Positions 24,357-37,610 of a stretch of DNA of 64,000 nucleotides are shown here, in pieces. The position numbers and the translations under genes were made by a program. Numbering within the stretch: position 1 is the first letter of the stretch; every line of letters begins with the position of its first letter. Source of the DNA: Heterodontus francisci. Taxonomy: Eukaryota. The notes beneath the pieces are model-generated. The model had not been told where the DNA came from. It saw only the letters and a list, made by a program, of their open reading frames with translations, and did not search any database. The stretch spans positions 880,062 to 944,061 of the forward strand of contig NW_027141290.1 in the NCBI RefSeq assembly GCF_036365525.1, given 5' to 3'.

Positions 24357-27300
24357 AGAATCACAGAATAATTACAGTGCAGAAGGAGGCCATTTGGCCC
24401 ATCGTGTTTGCACCGGTTCTCTGAAAGAGCAACTCCCTCAATTCCATTCCCCTGCCTTCTCTATATGACCCTGCAAATTCTTCCCTTTCATACAACTGTC
24501 TAATTCCCTTTTGAATACTTCGGTCAAACCTGCCTCCACCAAATTCTCAGGCAGTGCATTCCAGACCTTAACCACTCGCTGCATGAAAAAGGTTTTCCTC
24601 ATGTACCTTTTGCTTTTCTTATCAAATACTTTAAATTTGTGCCCTCTCGTTCTCGATCCTCTCATGAGTAGGAATTGTTACTCTCTATCTGCTCTACCCA
24701 GACCCCTCATGATTTTGAATCCCTCTATCAGATCACCTCTCAGTCTTCTCTTCCCCAAGTCAAACAGTCCTAACTTCTCCAATCTATCTTCATAACTGAA
24801 ATTTCTCATCCCTGGAACCATACTTGCAAAGTTTCTCTGTACTCTCTCTGATGCCCTCAGGACTTTCCTCATGTGAGGTGCCCAGAATTGGACATAACAC
24901 TCCAGCTGAGGCTGAATTAGTGTATTACAGAAGTTCAACATAACTTCCTTGCTCTTGTACTTTATTCCACTATGAATGAAGCCTCGGATGCTGTATGTTT
25001 TATTAAACACATTCTTAACCTGTCCTGACACTTTCAATGATTTATGCACAGACACACCTCAGTCCCTTTGCTCCTGCACCCCCTTTAGAATTGTACCTTT
25101 TATTTTATATAACTCCTCCATGTTCTTACTACCAAAATGAATCACCTCACATTTCTTTGCATTGAACTTCATCTGCCACCGGGCTGTCCATTCCACCAAC
25201 TTGTCTATGTCCTTTTATAGTTCGACACTATCCACCTCACGTTTCAAAATGCTTCCAAGTTTCGTATCATTTGCATACTTTGAACTTGTGCACCAAGGTC
25301 TCGGAGATTAACCTATATCAGCCAAAGCTGGGGTCCAAACACTGATCCCTGGAAAACTCCATCACAAGCTTCGTCCAGCCAAAAAATCATCCATTATCCA
25401 CTGCTCTTTGTTTCCTGTCACTCAGGCAATTTCGTATCTCGTTGCGACCGTCCATTTTATTGCACGAACTACATGTTTGATCACAAGTCTGTTGTGTGGC
25501 ACTGTATCAAACGCCTTTTGAAAGTCCATGTACACCACATCAACAGCATTGCCCTCATCAACCCTCTTTGTTACCTCCTCAAAAGACTTCAGCAATTTGC
25601 TTAAACATGATTTTCCCTGAAGAAATCCATGCTGCCTTTCCTTAATTAACTCACATTTAAAGTCATAGAGTTCTACAGCACATAAATAGGACCTTCGGCC
25701 CATCATGTACATGCCGGCCATCAAGTACCTAAGTATTCTAATCCCATTTTCCAGCACTTGGCCAGTATCCCTGTGTGCTATGGCAGTTCAAATGTTCATC
25801 CAAATACTTCTTGAATGTTGTGAGGGTTTCTGCCTCTACCATCTCTTCAGACAGTGTGATCTACATTTCAACCATCTTCTGGGTGAAAATATTTTTCCTC
25901 AAAGCCCCTTTAAACCTCCTGTTCCTTACCTTAAATCTATGTCCCCTGATTATTGACATCTCTGCTCAAGGGGAAAAAAAATCTATCCTATCTATGCTCC
26001 TCTTAATTTTGTTTCCCTCAATCAGGTCCCTCCTCAGCCTTTTCTGCTTTAATAGTAGCTGTGACTATTGATTTTGCACCTAATAAATTTTTCTCGATCT
26101 TTTCCCAACACTGAATTTAAACTAACAGGCCTGTAGTTGATTGGCTTATATTTACACCCTTTTTTGAACAAGCGTGTAACCTTTGCAATTCGGTAGTCCT
26201 TTAGTACCACCCCCGAGTCTAAGGAAGAGTGAAAAATTATGGCCAGATCCTCTGTGATTTCCACCCTCACTTCCCTCAGTTTTCTTAGATGCATCTCATC
26301 TGGCTCTGGTGCTTTATCCACTTTACGTACAGACAGACTATCTAATATTTCTTCTTTATCAATTTTAAAACCCTTTAATATCTGACTTATCTCCTCTTTC
26401 AACATTACCAAGGAAGAAGATGCAACCCAGCCAAAGACAGATGCAAAGTATTCCTTTAATACCACAGCTATGCCCTCTGCCTCCATTTGAAAATCCACGT
26501 TCTGGTCCCTAATCGGCCGCACTCCTCCTTTTACCACCTTTTTACTATTTATATGCTTATAGAAAACGTTGGGATTTCCTTTACTGCTCGCTGGCAATCT
26601 CATTTCATGTTCTCCCATTGCTTCTCTTATTTGTTTTTTCACTTCCCCTCTGGACCATCTATATTCAGCCTGGTTCATACTAATATTTTCTACCTGGCAT
26701 CTCTGAGAAGCACACTTTTTCTTCTTTATCTTAAACTCTACTTCTTTTGCCATCCAATGAGTTCTGGGTTTGTTTGTTTTAATTTTCCGCTTCAAGGGAA
26801 CATTCATCGACTGTGCCTGAACTATCTCTTCTTTGAAGGTAACCCAATGTTCATCGACCTGTTTTACTGCCAGCTTTAGACTCCAATTTATTCGCCCCAG
26901 CTCCATCCTTACCCCGTTGAAGTTGACTTTCCCCCAGTTAATTATTCGTACCTTGGACTACTCTTTGTCCTTTTCCATAGTCAACCTAAACCGTATGATA
27001 CAATGATCACTATCCCTTAAATGCACTCCTTATGATACTTGATCCACTTGGTCCACCTCATTCCGAAGAACCAGGTCCAACAGTGCCTCCTTTATCGTTG
27101 GACTAGCAACATACTGTTGTAGAAAATTTTCCTGAACATACTCTCGGAAATCTTGCCCCACACTGCCCTTTACACTACTATTATGCCAGTCTATGTTTGG
27201 ATAATTAAACTCTCCCATTATAACTACCCTACAATTTTTGCACCGTGCTGTAATTTCCTTGCAAATTTGTTTTTCCATGCCCTACCCACTAGCTGGTGGC

Positions 27301-27770
27301 CTATAGACAACACCGAGCAATGTATCTGCAGCTTTTTTGTTCCTTAGCTCGAGCTAAATTGATTCTGTCCTCGACCCCTCTGGGACATCCTTTTTCTCCA
27401 GCACTGAAATACTCTCCTTAATCAAAACTGACACCCCTCCCCCTTTATTTCCTTTCATGTTTTCCCTGAACAACTTGTATCCAGGAATATTTAACACCCA
27501 GTCCTGTCCTTCTTTGAGCCAGGTCTCTGTCAGAGCCTATTTTTCATCTTATTTCCACATGACAATCTCCGCCTGTACCTCACCAGTCTTATTAACCACA
27601 CTCCGTGTGTTCACATACATGTACCCTGATTCAGACTGTATTACTTTCTCTCTTATTCTGACCCCACCTGATAGCCTATTATTCCCTACTGTTGTGTTAT
27701 CAGTCTCGCCCAGTGTTCTGTGCATCTCGGTATCCCTCTCTAATACCTGCAGCTGGTTCCCACACCCCTG
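24357..27770 (-). mobile_element. near full-length decayed CR1 ORF2 (APE endonuclease + RT)
   Basis: MYVNTRSVVNK, VVIMGEFNYPNIDW, INYRPVSLNSVLGK, QHGFLQGKSCL, DVVYMDFQKAFDTVPH and RRLRGDLIE, with many stops and frameshifts. Confidence 0.95.
25661..26050 (-). mobile_element. CR1 3' fragment nested in the larger CR1
   Basis: Interrupts the host reading between KINSH and KCELIKERQHGF, and carries its own 3' hairpin and tail near 25665-25705. Confidence 0.8.
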
Positions 27771-27989
27771 ACAATTAAATGACATGATACAAAAGTGATC
27801 AATGCAATCTTTTCAATAATCATCATTATGAACAATCGGAAACTGAAAACCAGCAACTTAAACAGTGTCTGTCTCCTGTAGCACTCTGCTTCTGCTTGCC
27901 ACCTGTTTGCAGCGGTTGTGCAACAGTTTGTCAGATTCAGAAACAACCTATGCCCCTCACCGCTCCATGAATCGGACTTCCCGATGAAG

Positions 27990-28335
27990 TAGTGACGTCT
28001 CCCTTCCCGCCTGCTCACTCCATGTTCCGAGACCAGCTTCTGCTCCACAGTGCACATTGCAAACAGTCCCCGACTCCAGCTGAACTTCCCCGCTGTTCAA
28101 TGCTAATCTCTGAGCACATCGACATAAGCTCCCAAACCTGGTGTTGCTGCAGCAAGCAGATGCTGTTTGTTCACTGACCCCGGGAACCAGATGTTTCCTT
28201 TCGCCGCTGATCTAAACAATCTTCCGCTCAATCGGTGAATGGAGCTCACAGGCAGAGCTGGGGAAGGAGTGCGCATGCCGTCTTCGCCTCATGATGACGT
28301 CATAGTGGGCTGCGTTACATCGCGCGTGCGCAGAT
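27990..28335 (-). promoter_or_regulatory. CpG-rich promoter/first-exon module (copy 3)
   Basis: CRE palindrome ATGACGTCAT at 28294-28303, TGCGCATGC at 28270, and minus-strand GCGGAAG. Homologous to 13080-13320 and 390-570. Confidence 0.55.
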
Positions 28336-28375
28336 CTCTGCAACAATTCAGCTTCAAAACTCAATGGGAACTTTG

Positions 28376-28500
28376 GTCACTGACCCGAAACGTTAACTCT
28401 GCTTCTCTTTCCACAAATGCTGCCAGACCTACTGAGTGGTTCCAGCATTTCTTGTTTTCATTTCAGATTTCCAGCATCCGCAGTATTTTGCTTTTATTTG
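28376..28500 (+). mobile_element. Penelope-like terminal repeat insertion with TSD
   Basis: Flanked by GGGAACTT on both sides (10-bp CAAAGTTCCC in the mirror at 47075 and 47211). Empty site in the paralog near 990. Confidence 0.75.
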
Positions 28501-29534
28501 AGGGAACTTAGCCCATTTCACACTCATCAATGTCTGAACAATGAAACTGAACATGGGATCTGAATGGAGGGAGGGTGGGGAGGGGTGGAGGGAATCGATA
28601 ACCGAGAAAGCCGGGAGCTGATCCCATTTAGATGTTCAAATTGCCGTCTGTCCCTGCAGGGTGTTTGTTATTATTGAGACCCTCCTCTCAAAAAAATCGG
28701 ACAGAAATATGGGAGGAAGGAGGGAGTCGGTGTGTTTGCTGGGACCTTGTAGAATTAATTTCAGTCAGCAAAGGTTTCTCTAACCGGAGTGAAACACGCA
28801 GTCAATGTGAGTAATACCGAATGGCGATCTTCATCGTTTCATTCCAAACAAGAGAGACACGGAGCTGCCGCGATTATACCGGACACACAAACACAGTGAC
28901 AATAGAGCCCAACCCAGAGTTTCAGCTCCCGGTTGTTAAATGTCTTCATGTACACAGTCTTTGCTGTGAATCTCTGGGGTTAGTTGCCGATGCCGAGCCC
29001 TGTATCCCTGAAACACTCGGAAGCAGGAGATCCTCACACTCCATTTTGAAAGATTTATGGACAGGAATTTATCCAAACTTTGGCTGAGTCAATCATAACC
29101 TGCTGTTCAATCATAGTACTATTCAAACAATTAATGAGACATTCTGTTCACTACTCGGGTCCTGAACTCGGTTTGAGCAGATCAAAAAGTGAAAGGTTCA
29201 GCATTTTTCCAGATGTAACAGACAGAGCTGGATAGAGGGACTCAGGGCTAATCCTGCACACACAGGGCAGTTTGAGTGACAGTCACACAGGGACGGGAAA
29301 TGGTCTCGATTCCGTTGCCTACTCACCCAACAAGGACAGTTCGGGACTGACTAAACATCCAACTCACTATAATTCAGTACTGGAGAAAGACAGAGGCTTG
29401 TCCACTCCATCTTTCCTTACTGTATCTGGGACATCATGTAAGGGAAAGTGTTCCAATGCCTCTCACTCTCAGACAGCAACTGATATGTGTTCAGACAGTC
29501 AGTGTTAGTCATTCACTTACCATGAATAGGCGTC

Positions 29535-29895
29535 TCTCCAAGAACCTGTAAATCCAATATCCCGAAGCAGCTGTTCTACTCAGAACTTGGTCATGGTAAG
29601 AGAACCCCAGGAGGACAGTGGAAAAACTTCAGAGATGTCCTCAAATCATCCCTCATTTGGGAAGACATTGTAATCTTCAGGGATATTTGTCAGGAACATG
29701 CAAAGGCGAACTCGACGCAGCGAAGGCAGCACCCACACCTCCGATGCAGTGATTTACCTGACCCTTCCAGCACCACCTGTCCCTGATGTGACAGAGTCTG
29801 CAGATCATGCATTGGACTTATCAGCCATTTCATAACCCATCAAACTGGAGTGGAAAAAAGTCATCCCTGATAGTGAGGGACTGTCTGAGATGGAA
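29535..29895 (+). mobile_element. old RTE-clade LINE 3' fragment
   Basis: Translates as IPKQLFYSELGHGKRTPGGQWKNFRDVLKSSL followed by a decayed terminal CDRVCRSCIGLISH zinc motif. Mirrored at about 42850-43200. Confidence 0.8.
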
Positions 29896-30749
29896 GAGAA
29901 TAAATAGGTCAAAATAATGATCAGCAATAATAATGAACTGGATAGGGAGGAGATCGAGAGTAGGGAGATAGAATAGGGAGGGGAAGTGGCCTGTGACGTT
30001 TATATAATGTAACACATTGACAGAGATCCTGTCCTATTTGGGTAAAGACTTATTCAAGATAGAAAAATGTAAACTACTCTCTCGCTGACATAGTGTACCA
30101 GAGACAACCTCTCTATTATTTCCAAACACAAAACTGGGCCAGATTATGAACAAATACGGTATTTCACACTGAACAACTTTTACCTGTTGGACTCTCTGCA
30201 CATTCGCAGGACAAGGCCATTCAGATATATTTTCAGTCACTAAGAGATTCATTCTGATGACATGAAGCAGAGACTCTCAGATGTTTAACTTTCATCCCTC
30301 AAACACTCGAACTCACTTTTACATTTCTACGAGATCCGTTTGGCCAGGTTAGGAGCCGCCCACTCACCCCTTCCTCCGCTTTATTCCGACCATCTTCCAG
30401 TCTCACTGTCACACACGTTAACATTAATTTGCTTTTGATCAATATAATTCAAAGGTTGTTTGCAGCGCCAATCATTGAAATAATGATGACAGTGATTTGT
30501 ACAAAACATCCCATATCGAGCCTATCACCGTGATTGCAACCAGACAGAATAGCGAGAGTGCAGGTGGGAAGCGAAACAAGTTTATAAGAGACAGTATGAG
30601 AAAATATTAAAGGGTAAAACCAAAGGAAATCAATAATCATTTATAAACAAATAACATTTCAAATGACAGTGCAAAAAATTGTGCTTTGTTTATGGGCAAA
30701 GAAAGAAACGCCCATGTGATGGGAAAGGTAATGAAAAGGTGTAATAATA

Positions 30750-30955
30750 TAAAAGCAAAATACTGCAGATGCTGGAAATCTGAAGTAAAAACAAGAAATG
30801 CTGGAACCACTCAGCAGGTCTGGCAGCATCTGTGGAAAGAGAAGCAGAGTTAACGTTCCGATGAAGGGTCACTGACCCGAAACGTTAACTCTGCTTCTCT
30901 TTCCACAGATGCTGCCAGACCTGCTGAGTGATTCCAGCATTTCTTGTTTTTGTTC
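30750..30955. mobile_element. Penelope-like hairpin element with hammerhead-like core in its loop
   Basis: About 70-bp near-perfect inverted arms around CCGATGAAGGGTCACTGACCCGAAACG, with an imperfect ATGAAA(A/T)GGTGT duplication. Absent from the right arm near 42020. Confidence 0.75.
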
Positions 30956-31484
30956 ATGAAATGGTGTGTTATATGTATGTTCACAAAAGAAAGGGGTGAA
31001 GTTAATATCCCGATATAGGAGGGGTGCAGAGTTATTGGATAGGATGAAAAAGTTCTGGATAGGTTGACATCTCTTTAAGTTAATAAGTCCAGAAAGGAAG
31101 TATCCCAAATTACTGAGGGACATACCAGAAGCTCAGAGCAAAATCCTTGAATATGGAAGATGTGCCAGGTGACTGAAGGATTACATTACCGTTCTGGAAA
31201 GGAGAAGGAAAAATCTGGTAACAAAGACCATTATTTTTGACATCAGTGGTGAATTAATAAAGGACAACCAGTACGGATTTGCTGAGGGCACATCATGTGC
31301 AACTAACATGAATGAATACTTGTGGTTGAAGTTACTGAAGGTAATTCAGTAATTATTGGATATATGCTCTTCCAAAGGCATTCGATCAAGTAGTGAATAA
31401 CAGACTTACATGGAGAATAGAAATCCATGTAAAAAATTGACCCTGGCATCCTGAGATGGTAGTTGGTTAAAGGATAGGAGGTTA

Positions 31485-31720
31485 TTCTGTGACCTTGTCT
31501 TATTTACACCTTCTCCTTTGTTATCTCTTGCCCCACCCCCACTTTACTTGATAATAACCTTTTACAATTCTAATATTTGCTCGTTCTGAAGTAGGGTCAC
31601 TGACCTGAAACGTTAACTCTGCTTCTATCTCCAAAGATGCTGCCAGACCTGCTGAGTATTTCCAGCATTTCTTGTTTTTATTTCAGATTTCCTGCATCCG
31701 CAGTATTTGGCTTTTATTTT
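31485..31720 (+). mobile_element. Penelope-like terminal segment
   Basis: Pyrimidine-rich tract followed by CTGAAGTAGGGTCACTGACCTGAAACGTTAACTC...CCAGCATTTC. Mirrored at 41260-41500. Confidence 0.65.
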
Positions 31721-33447
31721 AGAGTTTAGTAGTTAACTGATCCTTTCTGCTGACTGGGCAGAACTATGCAGCGGGGTGACGCAGAAAACTGTACGAAGAA
31801 CATTAATTCGATAGGGCCGACAATGTCGAAGTTTGAGGATGACAGAATACATAGCAATGTGTGCAAATAGTAAAGAGCTGTAAGTTTCAGGTAGATGTTA
31901 CCTGAACAGAGGTGAGACAGAGAATACCCAACCCGTCTCACCTTTAGATTCCTGACCAAGATAGACCTGCAAGGTACAAACTCAAGTTATGTGACCAAGT
32001 CAGAGAGTTTATTAGGCTTAACTAAGATGGACAAAGTTAATACTTAACAATGGTAATAGACATGCAGCAACACACAACACCCGTTCTTGTTTCTGTGCTT
32101 GCTGCGGCACGGACTTCTCTCCTTCTTCATCCCTTGCTGTGTTTTCTTGACTGTATTCTATCTTCTCCTTTTAAATACCAACGATCTTCTGTTGACCCCT
32201 GTCTAAGTGTGATGACGATGTCCTGTAACACCCTTTCTTTTATCCTTTTTGTGGTGCAAGGATGTTACCATATTAGTTTTGAATTGTTCTAAGTGTCCTA
32301 ATTGGTCCAGGTTGACATCATTGTTTGACACTAGTTAGTTAATAGTTGAATCTACACACATTACAGATGCTTCCCGATTCTTTCTATTTTAGCAAAGATC
32401 CTAAAGGTTACATTCTTGCTGATCCCAGACATTTTTTTCTTTAATTCTGCCTTTATCTCTTCTCTCTCCCTGCAAGGAGTGCTGGTGTCTCTCCCATTGT
32501 TCTCACACAAAGGTTTAAACAAAGTATAGCCTTGAAAACAAATTTCATAATAAAGCAAGCAACAGATCAAACAGACTTCAATATATTGATGTACAAAGCA
32601 TATCATTAATCCGATTATTTTAGTTGTTCTTATTTGTCACAAACGTAAAATATGTCACGGTCCATCGCCCCCACATTGTGGATCCCCCTCCAGCTACATG
32701 ACTTGCCCTTTTTTTCCTATGGCTACGTGCATCTTCCACACTGACACCACTCTCAACATGACATTTTGACGTAGTTCAGTGAAGATGACCGTCATGCTTT
32801 ACAATCCAACCTTGACATTGCAGTTCTTGCACAAATGTAAGCCATGAAAATACTCTAAACTTTACACAGCGGTGAGCAGTGTTCAGGTGATACAGAAAAT
32901 CTGGTGCGTTGGGCAGAGACAATCATTTGATCTATCAAAGACTCTTGATGTTATGCTCCTATCTATACTACTTACAACACAACTATTCTTTTGTTATTGA
33001 AAAGCTTGGATAGATGGCTCTGGGTTGTGTTATCTAAGTAAGTGGTTGTTCTCCTGACAGCAATGTGGATTGAGGGGAAATTTGATACAGGCTTAGGTAA
33101 GTTAGACAAGGAGAATCTGTTCCCATTAGTTGATGGTACAAGGACTAGGAGACACAGATTGATGGTTTTGGTAAAGAGATGCAGGGAAATATGAGGAAGC
33201 ACTTTTTGTTTTACCTGCTGCAACTGTCTGTGCACAAGTGTGGTGGAAGCAGAGACAATCAATGATTTCAATAGGAAATTGGAGAAACACTTGAAGGAAA
33301 CAAACTTGCTCCAGGGCGACGCTGATCAAGCAGGAGAATGAATCTGATTGGATGATGAGAATATTTTATCAACTTCAATTCTGTCAAAGCTTTGAAATTT
33401 TTCGTTTGTAAAATACTGCAACATAAAGTAAACCTGCATCTTCGGAT

Positions 33448-33519
33448 TGCGATGGTCAGGAAACGAACCCAGACCCACTGCTTGGAAGGTAGCTACGCTC
33501 ACCACTGCACCACCATCGC
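33448..33519 (-). pseudogene. tRNA-Gly(TCC)-like, probable pseudogene (copy 1)
   Basis: 72 nt with acceptor stem GCGATGG/CCATCGC and anticodon TCC. Mismatches in the anticodon and T stems, T loop TTCGTTT. Confidence 0.85.
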
Positions 33520-35526
33520 TTACTGCAATGCATTTTCCGGCGTTTTGATTAATAGAATGCTGTACAATGATTTCAACCTGTCGCAGCAATACGTTCATGT
33601 CAATAAAAACACAACACTATGAATGCTGGAAATCTGAAATAAAAACAGACAGTGCTGCAAATATTCTGATCAAAGGTCACTCACCTGAAACGTTAACTCT
33701 GCTTCTCTCGACACAAATGCTGCCAGACCTGCTCAGTATTTCCAACATTTCTTGTTTTTATTTCAGATTTCCAGCATCCGCAGTATTTTGCTTTTATTTT
33801 AGAGTTTAGCAGTGAACTGATCCTTTTTGCTTACTGGGCAGAAGTATGCAGTGGAGGGACGCAGAAAACTGTACGAAAAATAATGTTTTTAACGGGCCCA
33901 CAATTTCGAAGTTTGAGGAGGACAAAATACATAGCAATGTATGCATATAGTAAAGAGCTGTACGTTTCAAGAAGATGATCCCTGAACAGAGGTGAGACAG
34001 AGAATACCCAAACCGTCTCACCTTTAGATTCCTGACCAAGATAGACCTACAAGGTACAAACTCAAGTTATGTGACCAAGTCAGAGAGTTTATTAGGTTTA
34101 ACTAAGATGTACAAAGTTAATACTTAACAATGGTAATAGATATGCAGTAACGCACAACACCCGTTCTTGTTTCTGTGCTTGCTTCGGCACGGACTTCTCT
34201 CCTTCTTCTTCAATTGCTGTGTTTTCTTAACTGTATTCTATATTCTCCTTTTAAGTACAACGATCTTCTGTTGACCCCTGTCTAAGTGTGATGACGATGT
34301 CCTGTAACACCCTTTCTTTTATCCTTTTTGTGGTGCAAGGATGTTACCATATTAGTTTTGAATTGTTCTAAGTGTCCTAATTGGTCCAGGTTGACATCAT
34401 TGTTTGACACTTGTTAGTTAATGGTTGAATCTACACACATTACAGATGTTTCCCGATTCTTTCTATTTTAGCAAAGATCCTAAAGGTTACATTCTTGCTG
34501 ATCCCAGACATTTTTTCTTTAATTCTGCCTTTATCTAATCTCACTCCCTGCAAGGAGTGCTGGTGACTCTCCCATTGTTCTCACACAAAGGTTTAAACAA
34601 AGGATAGCCTTGAAAACACATTTCGTACTAAAGCAAGCAACAGATCAAACAGACTTCAATATATTGATGTGCAAAGCATATCATTAATCCTATTATTTTA
34701 GTTGTTCTTATTTGTCACAAACGTAAAATATGTCACGGTCCATCGCCCCCACATTGTGGATCCCCCTCCAGCTACATGACTTGCCCTTTTTTTCCTATGG
34801 CTACGTGCATCTTCCACACTGACAACACTCTCAACATGACATTTTGACGTAGTTCAGTGAAGATGACCGTCATGCTTTACAATCCAACCTTGACATTGCA
34901 GTTCTTGCATAAATGTAAGCCATGAAAATACTCTAAACTTTACACAGCGGTGAGCAGTGTTCAGGTGATACAGAAAATCTGGTGCGTTCGGCAGAGACAA
35001 TCAGTTGATCTATCAAATTCTCTTGATGTTATGCTCCTATCTATACTACTTACAACACAACTATTCTTTTGTTATTGAAAAGCTTGGATAGATGGCTCTG
35101 GATTGTGTTATCTAAGTAAGTGGTTGTTCTCCTTACAGAAATGTGGATTGAGGGGAAATTTGATACAGGTGTCGGTAAGTTGGACAAGGAGAACCTGTTG
35201 CCATTAGTTGATGGTACAAGGACTAGGAGACACAGATTGATGGTTTGGGGAAAGAGATGCAGGGAAATGTGAGGAAGCACATTTTGTTATAACTGCTGCA
35301 ACTGTCTGTCCACAAGTGTGGTGGAAGCAGAGACAATCAATGATTTCAATAGGAAATTGGAGAAACACTTGAAGGAAACTAACCTGCTCCAGGGCGAAGC
35401 TGATCAAGCAGGAGAATGAATCTGATTGGATGATGAGAATATTTTATCAACTTCAATTCTGTCAAGGCTTTGAAATCTTTTCGTTTGCAAAATATTGCAA
35501 CATCAAGTAAACATGCAATTTTAGAT

Positions 35527-35598
35527 TGAGATGGTCGGGAATCGAACCAAGGTCAACTGCGTGGAAGCTAGCTATGCTCACCACTATACCACCATCGC
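35527..35598 (-). pseudogene. tRNA-Gly(TCC)-like, probable pseudogene (copy 2)
   Basis: 72 nt with intact A box and GGTTCGATTCC B box. The anticodon stem is broken (GCTAG/GCAGT). Confidence 0.85.
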
Positions 35599-37610
35599 TT
35601 ACTGCGCTATGTCTTTCCGGCGTTTTGATTAATAGAATGCTGTACAAAGATTTCAACTTGCAGCTGAGCAATCCGTTCATGTCCATAAAAACACAATACT
35701 GTGAATGCTGGAAATCTGAAATAAAAACAGACAGTGCTGCAAATATTCTGATCAAAGGTCACTCACCTGAAACGTTAACTGTGTTTCTCTCTGCACAGAT
35801 GCTGCCAGACCTGCTGAGTATTTCCAGCATTTCTTGTTTTTATTTCAGATTTCCAGCATCCGCAGCATTTTGCTTTTATTTTAGAGTTTCGTAGTGAACT
35901 GATCCTTTTTGCTTACTGGGCAGAACTATGCAGTGAGGTGACGCAGAAAACTGCATGGAGAACAATGTTTTTAACGGGCCCACAATTTCGAAGTTTGAGG
36001 AGGACAAAATACATAGCAATGTATGCATATAGTAAAGAGCTGTAAGTTTCAGGTAGATGTTACCTGAACAGAGGTGAGACAGAGAATACACAACCCGTCT
36101 CACCTTTAGATTCCTGACCCAGATAGACCTAAAAGGTACAAACTCAAGTTATGTGACCAAGTCAGAGAGTTTATTAGGCTTAACTAAGATGGACAAAGTT
36201 AATACTTAACAATGGTAATAGAAATTCAGTAACGCACAACACCCGTTCTTGTTTCTGTGCTTGCTGCGGCACGGACTTCTCTCCTTCTTCATCCCTTGCT
36301 GTGTTTTCTTGACTGTATTCTATCTTCTCCCTTTAAATACCAACGATCTTCTGTTGACCCCTGTCTAAGTGTGATGACGATGTCCTGTAACACCCTTTCT
36401 TTTAACCTTTTTGTGGTGCAAGGATGTTACCATATTAGTTTTGAATTGTTCTAAGTGTCCTAATTGGTCCAGGTTGACATCATTGTTTGACACTAGTTAG
36501 TTAATAGTTGAATCTACACACATTACAGATGCTTCCCGATTCTTTCTATTTTAGCAAAGATCCTAAAGGTTACATTCTTGCTGATCCCAGACATTTTTTT
36601 ATTTAATTCTGCCTTTATCTCTTCTCTCTCCCTGCAAGGAGCGCTGGTGTCTCTCCCATTGTTCTCACACAAAGGTTTAAACAAAGTATAGCCTTGAAAA
36701 CAAATTTCGTAATAAATCAAGCAACAGATCAAACAGACTTCAATATATTGATGTACAAAGCATATCATTAATCCTATTATTTTAGTTGTTCTTATTTGTC
36801 AGAAACGTAAAATATGTCACGGTCCATCGCCCCCACATTGTGGATCCCCCTCCAGCTACATGACTTGCCTTTTTTTTCCTTTGGCTACGTGCATCTTCCA
36901 CACTGACACCACTCTCTACATGACATTTTGACGTAGTTCAGTGAAGATGACCGTCATGCTTTACAATCCAACCTTGACATTGCAGTTCTTGCATAAATGT
37001 AAGCCATGAAAATACTCTAAACTTTACACAGCGGTGAGCAGTGTTCAGGTGATACAGAAAATCTGGTGCGTTGGGCAGAGACAATCAGTTGATCTATCAA
37101 AGTCTCTTGCTGTTATGCTCCTATCTATACTTCTGACAACACAACAATTCTTTTGTTATTGAAAAGCTTGTATAGATGGCTCTGGATTGTGTTATCTAAG
37201 GAAGTGGTTGTTCTCCTTCCAGCAATGTGGATTGAGGGGAAATTTGATACAGGTGTCGGTAAGCTAGACAGGGAGAACCTGTTTCCATTAGCTGATGGTA
37301 CAAGGACAAGGAGACACAGATTGACGGTTTTGGGAAAGAGATGCAGGGAAATGTGAGGAAGCACTTTTTGTCATACCTGCTGCAACTGTCTGTTCACAAG
37401 AGTGGTGGAAGCAGAGACAATCAATGATTTCAATAGGAAATTGGAGAAACACTTGAAGGAAACAAACTTGCTCCAGGGCGACGCTGATCAAGCAGGAGAA
37501 TGAATCTGATTGGATGATGAGAATATTTTATCAACTTCAATTCTGTCAAGGCTTTGAAACTTTTTCGTTTGTAAAATACTGCAACAGAAAGTAAACCTGC
37601 AATTTAAGAT

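Noticed and set aside
31896-32674. Possible solo LTR on the minus strand in each tandem unit (TG...CA ends, AATAAA, GGTGAGAC/GTCTCACC hairpin; also 3215-3600)
   Set aside because: No target-site duplication, PBS or PPT could be identified and the boundaries are ambiguous.
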